This document shows positions 39,434-48,601 of a stretch of DNA of 64,000 nt, piece after piece. Where the stretch lies: positions 8,763-72,762 of the forward strand of contig CACOZH010000003.1 in NCBI GenBank assembly GCA_902631595.1, given 5' to 3'. The DNA is from an uncultured Pelagibacteraceae bacterium (GTDB lineage: Bacteria > Pseudomonadota > Alphaproteobacteria > Pelagibacterales > Pelagibacteraceae). Every line of letters starts with the position of its first letter. Position 1 is the first letter of the stretch. A program made the position numbers and the translations under genes. The notes below the pieces were generated by a model. That model saw nothing but the letters and a program-made list of their open reading frames with translations. It was not told where the DNA came from and searched no databases.

Positions 39434-40237
39434 ATGTTTGATGATTTTTTTATAAGGGCGTTATTTGCTGGAATTGGAGTTGCGTTGGTGACAGGCCCTC
39501 TTGGGTGTTTTGTAGTTTGGAGAAGATTATCTTATTTTGGTGATACGCTTTCACACTCTGCTCTTCTTGGTGTCACAATTGCATATACTTTTCAATTTAA
39601 TTTAGCTTTCTCAGTATTCATTATTTCAGCTTTGATAGCTTTAATTTTAATTCAGCTTCAAAAAAAAACAAATTTACCTGGTGATGCTTTGTTAGGTCTT
39701 TTAGCCCACTCTTCATTAGCAGTTGGACTTGTTGTAATTGGTTTCCTATCTTTTATCAGATTTGATATTATGGGTCTATTATTTGGAGATATACTTGCAG
39801 TAACCGTTGACGATTTATTAATTATATGGGTGGGGGGAGCTATCATCTTAATTGTGCTAAAATTAATATGGAAATCTTTATTTGCTTCAACTGTTAATTA
39901 CGAATTGGCTGAAGCTGAAGGATTAAATCCTGATAGAGCAAAAGCTATATTCACAATTTTAATGGCTGCAGTCATTGCTATATCAATTAAAATGGTTGGC
40001 TTACTTTTAATTACAGGAATGTTAATTATACCCGCCGCTATGGCGAGAAATGTATCTACGAGTCCTATTCAAATGGTATTTTATTCAATTATAGGAGGAT
40101 TATTATCTGTTATTTTAGGTCTATATTCATCGTTAGAATTCAATACATCCTCGGGCCCATCAATTATAGCAGCATCTTTATTTTTATTTATACTCTCTTT
40201 ATTAAGGATAAAACAAACAGCTAGATTGAAAAATTAA
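39434..40237 (+). CDS. znuB: Zinc ABC transporter permease
   Basis: GPLGCFVVWRRLSYFGDTLSHS, LLFGDIL, IIPAA. Confidence 0.95.
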   Translation: MFDDFFIRALFAGIGVALVTGPLGCFVVWRRLSYFGDTLSHSALLGVTIAYTFQFNLAFSVFIISALIALILIQLQKKTNLPGDALLGLLAHSSLAVGLVVIGFLSFIRFDIMGLLFGDILAVTVDDLLIIWVGGAIILIVLKLIWKSLFASTVNYELAEAEGLNPDRAKAIFTILMAAVIAISIKMVGLLLITGMLIIPAAMARNVSTSPIQMVFYSIIGGLLSVILGLYSSLEFNTSSGPSIIAASLFLFILSLLRIKQTARLKN

Positions 40238-40258
40238 GGTCAAATTGGTACAAGTGTA

Positions 40259-40660
40259 ATGATGGAAAAACAATTAAATTTATCAAAAAATCAAAAAATT
40301 ATTTTTGATCTTATTGATAAATCCTCTGAGCCTATGAAGGCTTACTCAATTCTTTTTAATGTGCAAAAAAAAGGTATCAAAGCACCTTTGCAGGTATATA
40401 GAGCACTAGATAAATTGGTGGAAATTGGAAAAATACATAAAATTGAAAGTCGTAATGCTTTCATTGCCTGTCAAAATTCAAGCTGTCAAATATCTAAAAC
40501 AACTGCATTTTCAATTTGTGAAAGCTGTGAAAAAGTAACAGAAATAAAAGATAATAAACTTGCAAAATACCTAACCAATTTTAGTGACAATACCGGAATG
40601 AATTATAAAAAATATAATTTAGAATTTTTTGGTTTATGTAAAAAGTGTAAAAGAAAATAG
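40259..40660 (+). CDS. zur: Zinc uptake regulator (Fur family)
   Basis: VYRALDKL, IHKIES, ICESC and CKKC; follows znuCB. Confidence 0.9.
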   Translation: MMEKQLNLSKNQKIIFDLIDKSSEPMKAYSILFNVQKKGIKAPLQVYRALDKLVEIGKIHKIESRNAFIACQNSSCQISKTTAFSICESCEKVTEIKDNKLAKYLTNFSDNTGMNYKKYNLEFFGLCKKCKRK

Positions 40661-40787
40661 ATACTAAAGAATTTCTAATTTTTGATTTTCAATAATATAA
40701 TTTATCACTAGGTTGTATTCAATTTAAATATTTTAATTATTTGTAAATAAATTTATTGAATACAACCTTTTAAATAATTAATTTTAA

Positions 40788-40947
40788 GTCAGGGAGGATG
40801 AGTCTATGTTAAATTTGCCTGACACTTAGCTGGTAAGTTCCATATAAAAAACATTATGTAAATAAATCCATTTTGTGGGTTTAGCCAAAACGGCAACATT
40901 AAGGGGGCTCTTTGGTTCAACCAAAGAGTTAACCCCTTAAGTTTTTT
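40788..40947 (+). ncRNA. Candidate structured small RNA (five hairpins, own promoter-like element and terminator)
   Basis: Hairpins at 40788-40823, 40824-40838, 40863-40883, 40884-40894 and 40899-40940 followed by a T-tract; TTGAAT-N17-TAATTT upstream; no plausible ORF. Confidence 0.65.
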
Positions 40948-42112
40948 CAGTTTTTCTTAAATCTGCATTTAATATTGAAGCAATAATTAAAATTAAAAAA
41001 GGAATACAAAGTAGGTTTACTGATTTCCAACTAGTCATAGAAATTAATATTCCTGCGGATAAACTAGATATTGCAGTAAAAGAAAAAACAACCAAGTCGT
41101 TAAACCCTTGAGCTTTAAATTTTTCATCAGGTGTATATGTAGTTACCAAAAGACTTGTTGCTGTTACAAAAAGAAAGTTCCAACCTATTCCTAAAAAAAT
41201 TAATCCTAATAAATAACTAATAAAAGACGGATCTAGAAAACTTGTAATTATTGTAAAAACATAAAACAACACTCCTAAATACATCATTTTACTAAAACCA
41301 TATTTTTTTATTAATGTTCCTGTTATTAAGGATGGAAGAAACATTGCTAAAACATGAAATTGCATAACTATACCTAATTTATCTAAACTAAATTTGTGGA
41401 TAATATGCATGCTTATTGGTGTTGCAGTCATCAGAAAGGCCATTACAACATATGCAAAAGAAGCAGCGGTTAGTGCCTGTAAAAATTTTGGTTCAGAGAT
41501 AAATTGAAAATAAGTTCTGGTGCTAATATGTTTATCTTGTTTTGAAATGGCCTCACTCTTTTCTTTAAAAAATGATAAAAATACAGCTGGCATTATAGTC
41601 AAGAAAGCAAGGGCAAGATATGATCCTGCATATAGATAATTAGGAATAAAGTTTTTGGTATAGTTTGCTAAACTTATGCCAATAAATGCTGATACAATTC
41701 CAGCTAATAATAAAATTGAAATTGCTCTAGGAGCTTGTTCTTTTTCAACACTTTCTGCAGCTGCAAATCTATATTGATGAATAAAAGCCATACCTGCACC
41801 AAGAATAAAACAAGCAAAACAAAAAATAAAAAAATTCCCTAAAATTATTGAATATGCCGCAATTAGACTTGCAACTGTGCTAGCTATTGATGCTAAAACA
41901 AAACCAAGCCTTCGTCCGATTATACTCATAACCTTGGCTGCGAATATCGTAGATATAGCAATACCAACTATGTAAATAGATGGTGGAAGTGTTGATAAAG
42001 ATTTAATTGAACTTAGCTGGGCACCTATTATTCCACTTAAAAATACAGTTACATTAGCTGCTGTAAAACCAAATACTTGACTAGCAGTGAGCAAAAATAG
42101 GTTTTTGTTCAT
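40937..42112 (-). CDS. MFS transporter
   Basis: About 12 TMs, GRRLGF, QYRFAAAE, HVLAMFLPS, GIGWNF, AQGFND. Confidence 0.9.
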   Translation of the reverse strand: MNKNLFLLTASQVFGFTAANVTVFLSGIIGAQLSSIKSLSTLPPSIYIVGIAISTIFAAKVMSIIGRRLGFVLASIASTVASLIAAYSIILGNFFIFCFACFILGAGMAFIHQYRFAAAESVEKEQAPRAISILLLAGIVSAFIGISLANYTKNFIPNYLYAGSYLALAFLTIMPAVFLSFFKEKSEAISKQDKHISTRTYFQFISEPKFLQALTAASFAYVVMAFLMTATPISMHIIHKFSLDKLGIVMQFHVLAMFLPSLITGTLIKKYGFSKMMYLGVLFYVFTIITSFLDPSFISYLLGLIFLGIGWNFLFVTATSLLVTTYTPDEKFKAQGFNDLVVFSFTAISSLSAGILISMTSWKSVNLLCIPFLILIIASILNADLRKTEKT

Positions 42113-42205
42113 TTGGCTAACTTACACACTTGGTAATTAATAGCTAATATAAATTAGTACTATTAAAAGCCACTGAATTGAGATGATAGAAAAAATTTTA
42201 AATAT

Positions 42206-43483
42206 TTAGAACTGCTCAGACTCTGTAGAGCCATCCATTGCGGTAGTAGAACTTTTTCCTGAACTTATTGTATTGGATACCGCATCAAAATAAGATGTTC
42301 CAACTTCTCTTTGATGTTTAACGCTTGTGTATCCATCTTTCTCTCTTGCGAATTCATGTTGCTGAATTTTAGAATAAGCAGCCATTCCTTCTTCTTTATA
42401 TTTCTCAGCTAAATCAAAAATAGCAATATTCTGTGTATGGAAACCTGCTAGAGTTATAAATTGAAATTTATAACCCATTTCAGCAATTTTTTTTTGGAAT
42501 GACCCTATTTCATCGTCTGATAAATGTTTTTTCCAATTAAATGACGGAGAACAATTGTAGGCAAGTAATTTCCCTGGATATTTTGCATGAATTGCGTCAG
42601 CAAATTTTTTTGCTTCTTCTAAATTTGGTGTTGCGGTTTCACACCAAATTAAATCAGCATATGGAGCATATGCCAGTCCTCTTGAAATTGCTTGGTCAAT
42701 TCCATCCTTAACGTAAAAGAATCCTTCAGGTGACCTTTCACCTGTTAAAAAGGGTTTATCATTTTCATCAAAGTCATTTGTGATAAGTTTTGCAGCATTA
42801 GCATCAGTTCTTGCTAAAATAATAAGGGGAACATCAGCGATATCAGATGCTAATCTTGCTGCTTTTAGATTTCTGACCATAGTACTGGTTGGAACTAAAA
42901 CTTTTCCTCCCATATGACCACATTTTTTTTCACTTGCTAGTTGATCCTCAAAATGAACGCCAGCCGCTCCAGCTTTTAAAAATTTTTTTGTTAATTCAAA
43001 CACATTAAGAGGGCCACCAAAACCCGCTTCTCCATCTGCAATAATTGGCAACATATAATCAACTTTATTCTCTTCCTTCATATCACCATCCACGGTTTCC
43101 ATATGTTGAATTTGATCTGCTCTTATAAGTGCATTATTCATTGCCTCTACTAATTTTGGAGCACTATCATATGGGTAAAGAGATTGATCTGGATACATTT
43201 CGCCAGCACTGTTTGCATCTGCAGCTACTTGCCATCCACTAAGATATATTGCTTTTAAACCAGCCTTTGCATGTTGAACAGCCTGGTTTCCAGATAAAGA
43301 TCCTAATGTATTAACATAAGATTCTGAATTTAGTAAGTTCCAAAGTTTTTCAGATTGTTGTTTTGAAATTGAATATTCTATTTTTATCGATCCTTTAAGT
43401 CTTTCTACTTCTTCAGGAGTATAATCTCTTTTAATACCTGCAAATCTTTTTAATTTAAATGAAACTTTACCCTCTGATGACAT
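42206..43483 (-). CDS. aceA: Isocitrate lyase
   Basis: [55 protein letters not shown]. Confidence 0.98.
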   Translation of the reverse strand: MSSEGKVSFKLKRFAGIKRDYTPEEVERLKGSIKIEYSISKQQSEKLWNLLNSESYVNTLGSLSGNQAVQHAKAGLKAIYLSGWQVAADANSAGEMYPDQSLYPYDSAPKLVEAMNNALIRADQIQHMETVDGDMKEENKVDYMLPIIADGEAGFGGPLNVFELTKKFLKAGAAGVHFEDQLASEKKCGHMGGKVLVPTSTMVRNLKAARLASDIADVPLIILARTDANAAKLITNDFDENDKPFLTGERSPEGFFYVKDGIDQAISRGLAYAPYADLIWCETATPNLEEAKKFADAIHAKYPGKLLAYNCSPSFNWKKHLSDDEIGSFQKKIAEMGYKFQFITLAGFHTQNIAIFDLAEKYKEEGMAAYSKIQQHEFAREKDGYTSVKHQREVGTSYFDAVSNTISSGKSSTTAMDGSTESEQF

Positions 43484-43522
43484 TTAACTCTCCTGTTATA
43501 ACTGTTGATTAAAAAACCTGAC

Positions 43523-43684
43523 TTATGAGCTTTTTGACTGATCGTTATTCTCGCTAGAAATTTCTTCTATTCCGCTAGAACCCCAATCACAATGATCATC
43601 TCTCAAATAAATCCCTCGAGATCTGTGCTCTTTAATGTCCTGTTCAGTTATTTGATTATGTGTATTTTTGTCTATATTGCTCAT
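43523..43684 (-). CDS. Small acidic protein upstream of aceA (53 aa)
   Basis: MSNIDKNTHNQITEQDIKEHRSRGIYLRDDHCDWGSSGIEEISSENNDQSKSS; lies between the operator repeats and aceA. Confidence 0.55.
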   Translation of the reverse strand: MSNIDKNTHNQITEQDIKEHRSRGIYLRDDHCDWGSSGIEEISSENNDQSKSS

Positions 43685-43697
43685 AAATTGGTTATAA

Positions 43698-43786
43698 TTT
43701 ACAATATTTACAAAATCTACAAAAATCCTCAATTTACTTGTAAATCTGATAAATTTATTGTAAATTTAAATTTACAAAATTTACAA
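43698..43786. promoter_or_regulatory. Probable RamB/ScfR operator array
   Basis: TTTACAA at 43698, 43707, 43771 and 43780 (TCTACAA at 43716), TTGTAAA at 43738 and 43758; resembles TTTRCAA-type ScfR-family sites. Confidence 0.75.
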
Positions 43787-45480
43787 TGAATTCACTAAAT
43801 GACATATCAATTGGTAAAAAAATTAAGGAATTCAGGCAAAAATTAGGTCTTCAAGCAAAAAAGCTCTCAGATTTACTTGAAATATCTCCTTCATACATGA
43901 ACTTAATAGAAAGTGGCAAAAGAAGAGTAGACGGGGAATTGCTTTTGAAAATATGCCAAGAATTAAGAATTGAAATAAGTGATTTGATAGAGAATAAGAA
44001 TCCGGATTTAGATAATTCAAAAAAAGCAATAATTAAAAAGACCAACATTAATAATATAAAAAAATATAATCTTAAAATTGGCCCAAAAATAAAAGCATTT
44101 AGGAGACAACTGGGTATTCAAGCCAACAAGCTAGCAGAACAAGTCAATATATCAGCCAGCTACTTAAATTTAATTGAAAGTGGCAAAAGAAATATAGATA
44201 GCAACTTAATTATTAAAATTTGCTCTGAACTAAAAATAAACGTTTCAGATTTAACAAGTAAAGTGGATTTAAACTTGGAAAGTAATATTTCTGAACTATT
44301 GAGTGACGAAATTTTTGAAGACCTTGATATTCTTGGTCCTGAAGTAAAAGATTTAGTTGCATCAAATCCAAAAATTGCAAAAGCTCTTATTAAGCTTGGA
44401 GATAATTTTAAACAAAAGGACCATGAAATAGTTAATAGAGTAGAAAATATTTCTGGAAAAATAATAGACGGTAGACGAGCTGCCTTTCCTGGTGAGGTAA
44501 TTGCAGATTTCCTTCAAGACAATAAAAATTATTTTCCTAAATTAGAAGATTTTGCAAACAAGATATTTGAAAAATTAAAACAAAATAATAGGACAAGGTA
44601 TGTTGCTTTATGTGATTTTTTAAAAAGTGAATATAATATTAAAGTAAAAGATATTATACCTGATCCAGGAAAACCTTTCTCAAAAATTTACAATAAAAAA
44701 ACAAAAGAACTTTTCTTATCTGATTATTTGTCACTCGAAACAAAAAAACTATATGCAGCAGCACAAATTGCACAAATAGGAGCAAAAGAAGAGATTAATT
44801 TCTATTTATCAAAATTCAAATTTCCTTCTAATGAGGCCAAGGAATTATCAAGGGTTGCTTTATTAAATTATTGTGGAGCTGCAATACTAATGCCATACAA
44901 ATTATTTCATAAAGAGTGTAAGGAGTTAAAATATGATTTAGAATTGTTGCAAAATACATTTGCTACTTCATTTGAACAAGTGGCACATAGAGTTACATGT
45001 TTGCAGGATCCAAAATTACCTGGAATTCCTTTTCATTTTTTAAGAGTCGACGTAGCGGGGAATATATCTAAGAGACTATCTTTATCTGGAATAGAAATAC
45101 CAAGATATGGAGGTGCGTGTCCTAGATGGAATGTTTACTCAGCCTTTTCAAGACCGGGTGTCATTCAAGCTGCAGTGAGCAGAATGACTAATGGTGAAAA
45201 GTATGTTTGCATCGCTAGAACAGTAGAGAAAGGTGTTGGACGATATGGACAAAAAAAAAGTATGTTATCAATTGGATTAGGATGTGAAGCAAAATATGCT
45301 AAAGATTTTATTTACACTGAAAATCTAGATATTAACGATAAAAAATCAGAACTGCCAATTGGTGTTTCGTGCAGAACTTGTGATAGACTAGATTGCTCTC
45401 AGCGTGCTTTCCCACCTTTACATAAAAAATTTGATGTAAATATCAATAACCGTGGTGTTTCGGTATACGTTAACGAATAA
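43786..45480 (+). CDS. ramB: Short-chain fatty acyl-CoA regulator (ScfR/RamB family; XRE HTH x2, IrrE-like and C-terminal Cys domain)
   Basis: Divergent from aceA; SFEQVAHR, RVDVAGNISKR, GGACPRWN, GLGC, IGVSCRTCDRLDCSQRAFPP. Confidence 0.88.
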   Translation: MNSLNDISIGKKIKEFRQKLGLQAKKLSDLLEISPSYMNLIESGKRRVDGELLLKICQELRIEISDLIENKNPDLDNSKKAIIKKTNINNIKKYNLKIGPKIKAFRRQLGIQANKLAEQVNISASYLNLIESGKRNIDSNLIIKICSELKINVSDLTSKVDLNLESNISELLSDEIFEDLDILGPEVKDLVASNPKIAKALIKLGDNFKQKDHEIVNRVENISGKIIDGRRAAFPGEVIADFLQDNKNYFPKLEDFANKIFEKLKQNNRTRYVALCDFLKSEYNIKVKDIIPDPGKPFSKIYNKKTKELFLSDYLSLETKKLYAAAQIAQIGAKEEINFYLSKFKFPSNEAKELSRVALLNYCGAAILMPYKLFHKECKELKYDLELLQNTFATSFEQVAHRVTCLQDPKLPGIPFHFLRVDVAGNISKRLSLSGIEIPRYGGACPRWNVYSAFSRPGVIQAAVSRMTNGEKYVCIARTVEKGVGRYGQKKSMLSIGLGCEAKYAKDFIYTENLDINDKKSELPIGVSCRTCDRLDCSQRAFPPLHKKFDVNINNRGVSVYVNE

Positions 45481-47094
45481 TTATTCTGAAGTTTTATATT
45501 TACTTTTATTGATTATAAATACAAATAGAATAGGCAATATTAGTGTAAGCAAAGTAACTACTATTAAAAGAATTCCTAATTCTGAATAATCTGCTGTTGA
45601 TTGAATTTCTCCAGAAACTTTATCTTTTACTTCTCTCGTAACTGTAAATACTTGATTTAAGTATTTAGTCCCTAATGAACTAGCTGATAATGCTAAATTA
45701 GTGAATGATGCAAAAACTGCAAAGAATGTTGCTTTTAAATGCGAAGGTGCATTTTTAGCTATCCAAGCAAGCAAAGGTATCATGGAAACTTGACCTAGTG
45801 GAGACTCCAAAGCCGTATTTATCAATGCTATGAATTTTGCATCTACAATCCCACCTGTTAAAGATGCTGTCCAATTATGAAAACCATAATACATTCCAAC
45901 ACTTGGTAGAAATAATATTGATCCAGCAATTGATAAAATAACTATTATTTTTGCAATAGAATTTTTTGCCATAAAAGGTCGTAAAAGTACTATTCCAGCT
46001 AAAGTTAAAATTGAAGCTAATAATGATAATACAGAAAAGAATTGTTCATTAAATTGTAATTCATCAATTTCAAACCAGGTTAAACCTGGTCCTGGTCCTG
46101 GCATTGCTCTAAATATAAAAATTATGACTGCTGTACCAACAATAGTTAATCTTAAGTTTTCTGGTAACTCTTTAATAAGTTTAAACATTAAAAATAAGAT
46201 TATTATAACTGATCCTATAAAAACAATTTCTTGAGCAAAAGGAACATTGAATGAGCCAATGCCTAAAGTAAATATCACAAAAATAAGACTGCCACCCAGA
46301 ATCCACCAATTTACTTTGGTCTTATCTCCCTCTATTTCCTCTTTTAATCGCAAACCTTGCAATTCTAAGATTTTAATTTTTTTACTTCTTAAGTAAGATG
46401 CTAAGAATACACCAAACACTGAAACAACAGGAATAATTAAAGCATAAATATAAATAGAACCGTAAAGTTGAATTTTTTCGGTTTGTTCTAGATTATCAAC
46501 GTTACTAAACAGAATTACATTTGCAAGAGCAACTAAGACTGTTCCACCAATTATTGCAAACCGTCCTAAAGTTTGCATTGTTGTATGCATTAATTTTATA
46601 TGATCTTTGCTATATTCATTTCCTTGATCATCTGTTAAAGGCACCGCTTCAACTGTCATTGCATCCGCAACAACATCTTGAACGACATAACCAACTGGAG
46701 CAAGTATGACGCTTATTACAAACCATGTTTCAACTGTAAAAATCTCAGCCATAAACTCTGTATGAATTATTAATCCATGCATTATGATTAAACTTAGCCC
46801 TATTAATCCAGCACCAAAAAAAACCATATAATTTTTCTTTTTCCAAATAAGATCAACTAGATGGCCTAGCGGCATTTTTAAAGCCCAAGGTATCCCAGCC
46901 CAAAATGCTAGCCCTGCAAGAAATGCTGCTGATAAATTTAAATAGTCTTTTACAAAAAAAGTTCCAACTATACCGGTTAAACCTGAAATTCCAGCCGCAG
47001 CATAAATCATTAATGGTGGTAAATAGGACCATTTAAATTGACGTCCTAAATCTAGAAATGTACTATCTAAGAAATTAGTAATGCTTTTAATCAT
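45481..47094 (-). CDS. BT1/FBT family (folate-biopterin-like) MFS transporter
   Basis: PWALKMPLGHLVD, QDVVADAMTVE, KATFFAVFASFTNL. Confidence 0.75.
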   Translation of the reverse strand: MIKSITNFLDSTFLDLGRQFKWSYLPPLMIYAAAGISGLTGIVGTFFVKDYLNLSAAFLAGLAFWAGIPWALKMPLGHLVDLIWKKKNYMVFFGAGLIGLSLIIMHGLIIHTEFMAEIFTVETWFVISVILAPVGYVVQDVVADAMTVEAVPLTDDQGNEYSKDHIKLMHTTMQTLGRFAIIGGTVLVALANVILFSNVDNLEQTEKIQLYGSIYIYALIIPVVSVFGVFLASYLRSKKIKILELQGLRLKEEIEGDKTKVNWWILGGSLIFVIFTLGIGSFNVPFAQEIVFIGSVIIILFLMFKLIKELPENLRLTIVGTAVIIFIFRAMPGPGPGLTWFEIDELQFNEQFFSVLSLLASILTLAGIVLLRPFMAKNSIAKIIVILSIAGSILFLPSVGMYYGFHNWTASLTGGIVDAKFIALINTALESPLGQVSMIPLLAWIAKNAPSHLKATFFAVFASFTNLALSASSLGTKYLNQVFTVTREVKDKVSGEIQSTADYSELGILLIVVTLLTLILPILFVFIINKSKYKTSE

Positions 47095-47251
47095 ATAAAA
47101 GCCAAACTAAGACGATTAATGACAAAAATATTAATCCACTTATAATTTTATAGGTTTTAACTCCTAATTTAACACTAATGTATTCGTCTATTTTTTTCCA
47201 AAAAATTACTATTAGAAATAAAAGAATTAATGGTAAAACTACTTTTATCAT
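47087..47251 (-). CDS. Small two-TM protein (54 aa)
   Basis: Manual translation MIKVVLPLILLFLIVIFWKKIDEYISVKLGVKTYKIISGLIFLSLIVLVWLLYD; stop overlaps the BT1 gene start (ATGATTAA). Confidence 0.65.
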   Translation of the reverse strand: MIKVVLPLILLFLIVIFWKKIDEYISVKLGVKTYKIISGLIFLSLIVLVWLLYD

Positions 47252-47268
47252 CAAAAGAAATTATATAA

Positions 47269-47679
47269 CTATTTTCTATTACCCTTTATCAGAAAATACA
47301 TACCACCAATAAATAAGAAAATTTGTGGGCTTGTGAATAAAGCTTTATTTATAAACCAATCAGCATGTGCAACTACAAAAATATTAATCATTAAAACAAC
47401 AATTGTGAATCCTGCTAATCGAGTAAAAATATTTCCATATGGATTTTTAATGAATTTACTAATAATTAAAACTATACCCGCTGATAGCTCTGATATAGCT
47501 ACTAAAGATGCTAATGTTGGCGATAAATCGAAGTATTCTATTAAATTCTCTGGTGGTAGTGGAAACTTATTAGATCCGTGAATTATAAAGGCAATACCAA
47601 CTGCCAATCTCAATAAAAGTGAAGCTATAGCCTCAAAATTATTTAAAATGCTCTCTATTTTAAAAATTAAATTTTTCAT
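47269..47679 (-). CDS. DoxX family membrane protein
   Basis: LLLRLAVGIAFIIHGSNK, ELSAG, TRLAG. Confidence 0.85.
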   Translation of the reverse strand: MKNLIFKIESILNNFEAIASLLLRLAVGIAFIIHGSNKFPLPPENLIEYFDLSPTLASLVAISELSAGIVLIISKFIKNPYGNIFTRLAGFTIVVLMINIFVVAHADWFINKALFTSPQIFLFIGGMYFLIKGNRK

Positions 47680-47758
47680 AATTATTTGTTTTAACAATAT
47701 ACAGAATAAAATAAAAATAAAATAAAATAAAAATCAAAAAATACAAAATTAAATAAAT

Positions 47759-48601
47759 ATGGAAGATAAGGTTTTTTTCTTAATACTATTTGCGACAATC
47801 ATGCACGCAACATGGAATGCAATGGTAAAAAAGCATTCGGACAAAACTGTAGCCTTAGCTGGAATAATTCTTGGGCATATACCGTTATCTGTGGTTGCAA
47901 TCATAGTTTTACCACTCCCCTCAAGTGAAAGTATTCCTTATATAATTGTAAGCGCACTTATCCATCAAGGTTATCAATGGTACTTATTATCCTCTTACCA
48001 AATAGGAGAATTTACGAAAGTATATCCAATATGCAGAGGTTTTGGACCTTTGGTTGCAACTTTTATATCATTAATCTTTTTAGGAGTAGTTTTTAATATA
48101 CTAACAACAGTTTCAATACTTCTGCTTTGTTTTGGTATTATGATGTTAGGTTTTAAAGTTGATAATAAAGAAAAAAATTCAAATGTTTTAAAATACTCTT
48201 TGCTAACTGGTTTTTTTATTGGCTTGTACTCATTAGTTGATGGATATGGTGCAAGAATAAGTGCTTCGGCTATTTCCTTCATGAGTTTCTCTTTTATTTT
48301 AAGCGCGATCATATTTCCGTTTTTATTAAAACTTAAAAAAGAGGAAAATATTGTTTCTAGAATTTCTAAAGATGGAAAATTTATATTTTGGGTTGGAGGT
48401 TCTATGTCTTATGTAATTTATATGATTGTTATCTGGGGCTTTACTCAAGCGCCCATACCTATGGTTGCTGCATTAAGAGAAACAAGTATATTTTTTTCAA
48501 TCTTTATTGGTTATTTCTTTTTAAGTGAAAGAATAACCTCAGCAAAAATTTTTTCAGTTTTATTAATTCTTGCTGGAGTTATCGGTTTAAAACTATTTTA
48601 A
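47759..48601 (+). CDS. EamA/DMT family transporter
   Basis: HATWNAMVK, VYPICRG, YSLVDG, VAALRETS. Confidence 0.9.
   Translation: MEDKVFFLILFATIMHATWNAMVKKHSDKTVALAGIILGHIPLSVVAIIVLPLPSSESIPYIIVSALIHQGYQWYLLSSYQIGEFTKVYPICRGFGPLVATFISLIFLGVVFNILTTVSILLLCFGIMMLGFKVDNKEKNSNVLKYSLLTGFFIGLYSLVDGYGARISASAISFMSFSFILSAIIFPFLLKLKKEENIVSRISKDGKFIFWVGGSMSYVIYMIVIWGFTQAPIPMVAALRETSIFFSIFIGYFFLSERITSAKIFSVLLILAGVIGLKLF

Noticed and set aside
40788-40947. 6S RNA, tmRNA or a coding ORF after AGGGAGG
   Set aside because: No single long rod with central bubble, no tRNA-like ends or tag peptide, and the ATGs after the SD-like motif hit stops within 4-7 codons
47705-47756. (AAAAT)n low-complexity run
   Set aside because: Short A-tracts in a divergent promoter of an AT-rich genome; no further structure
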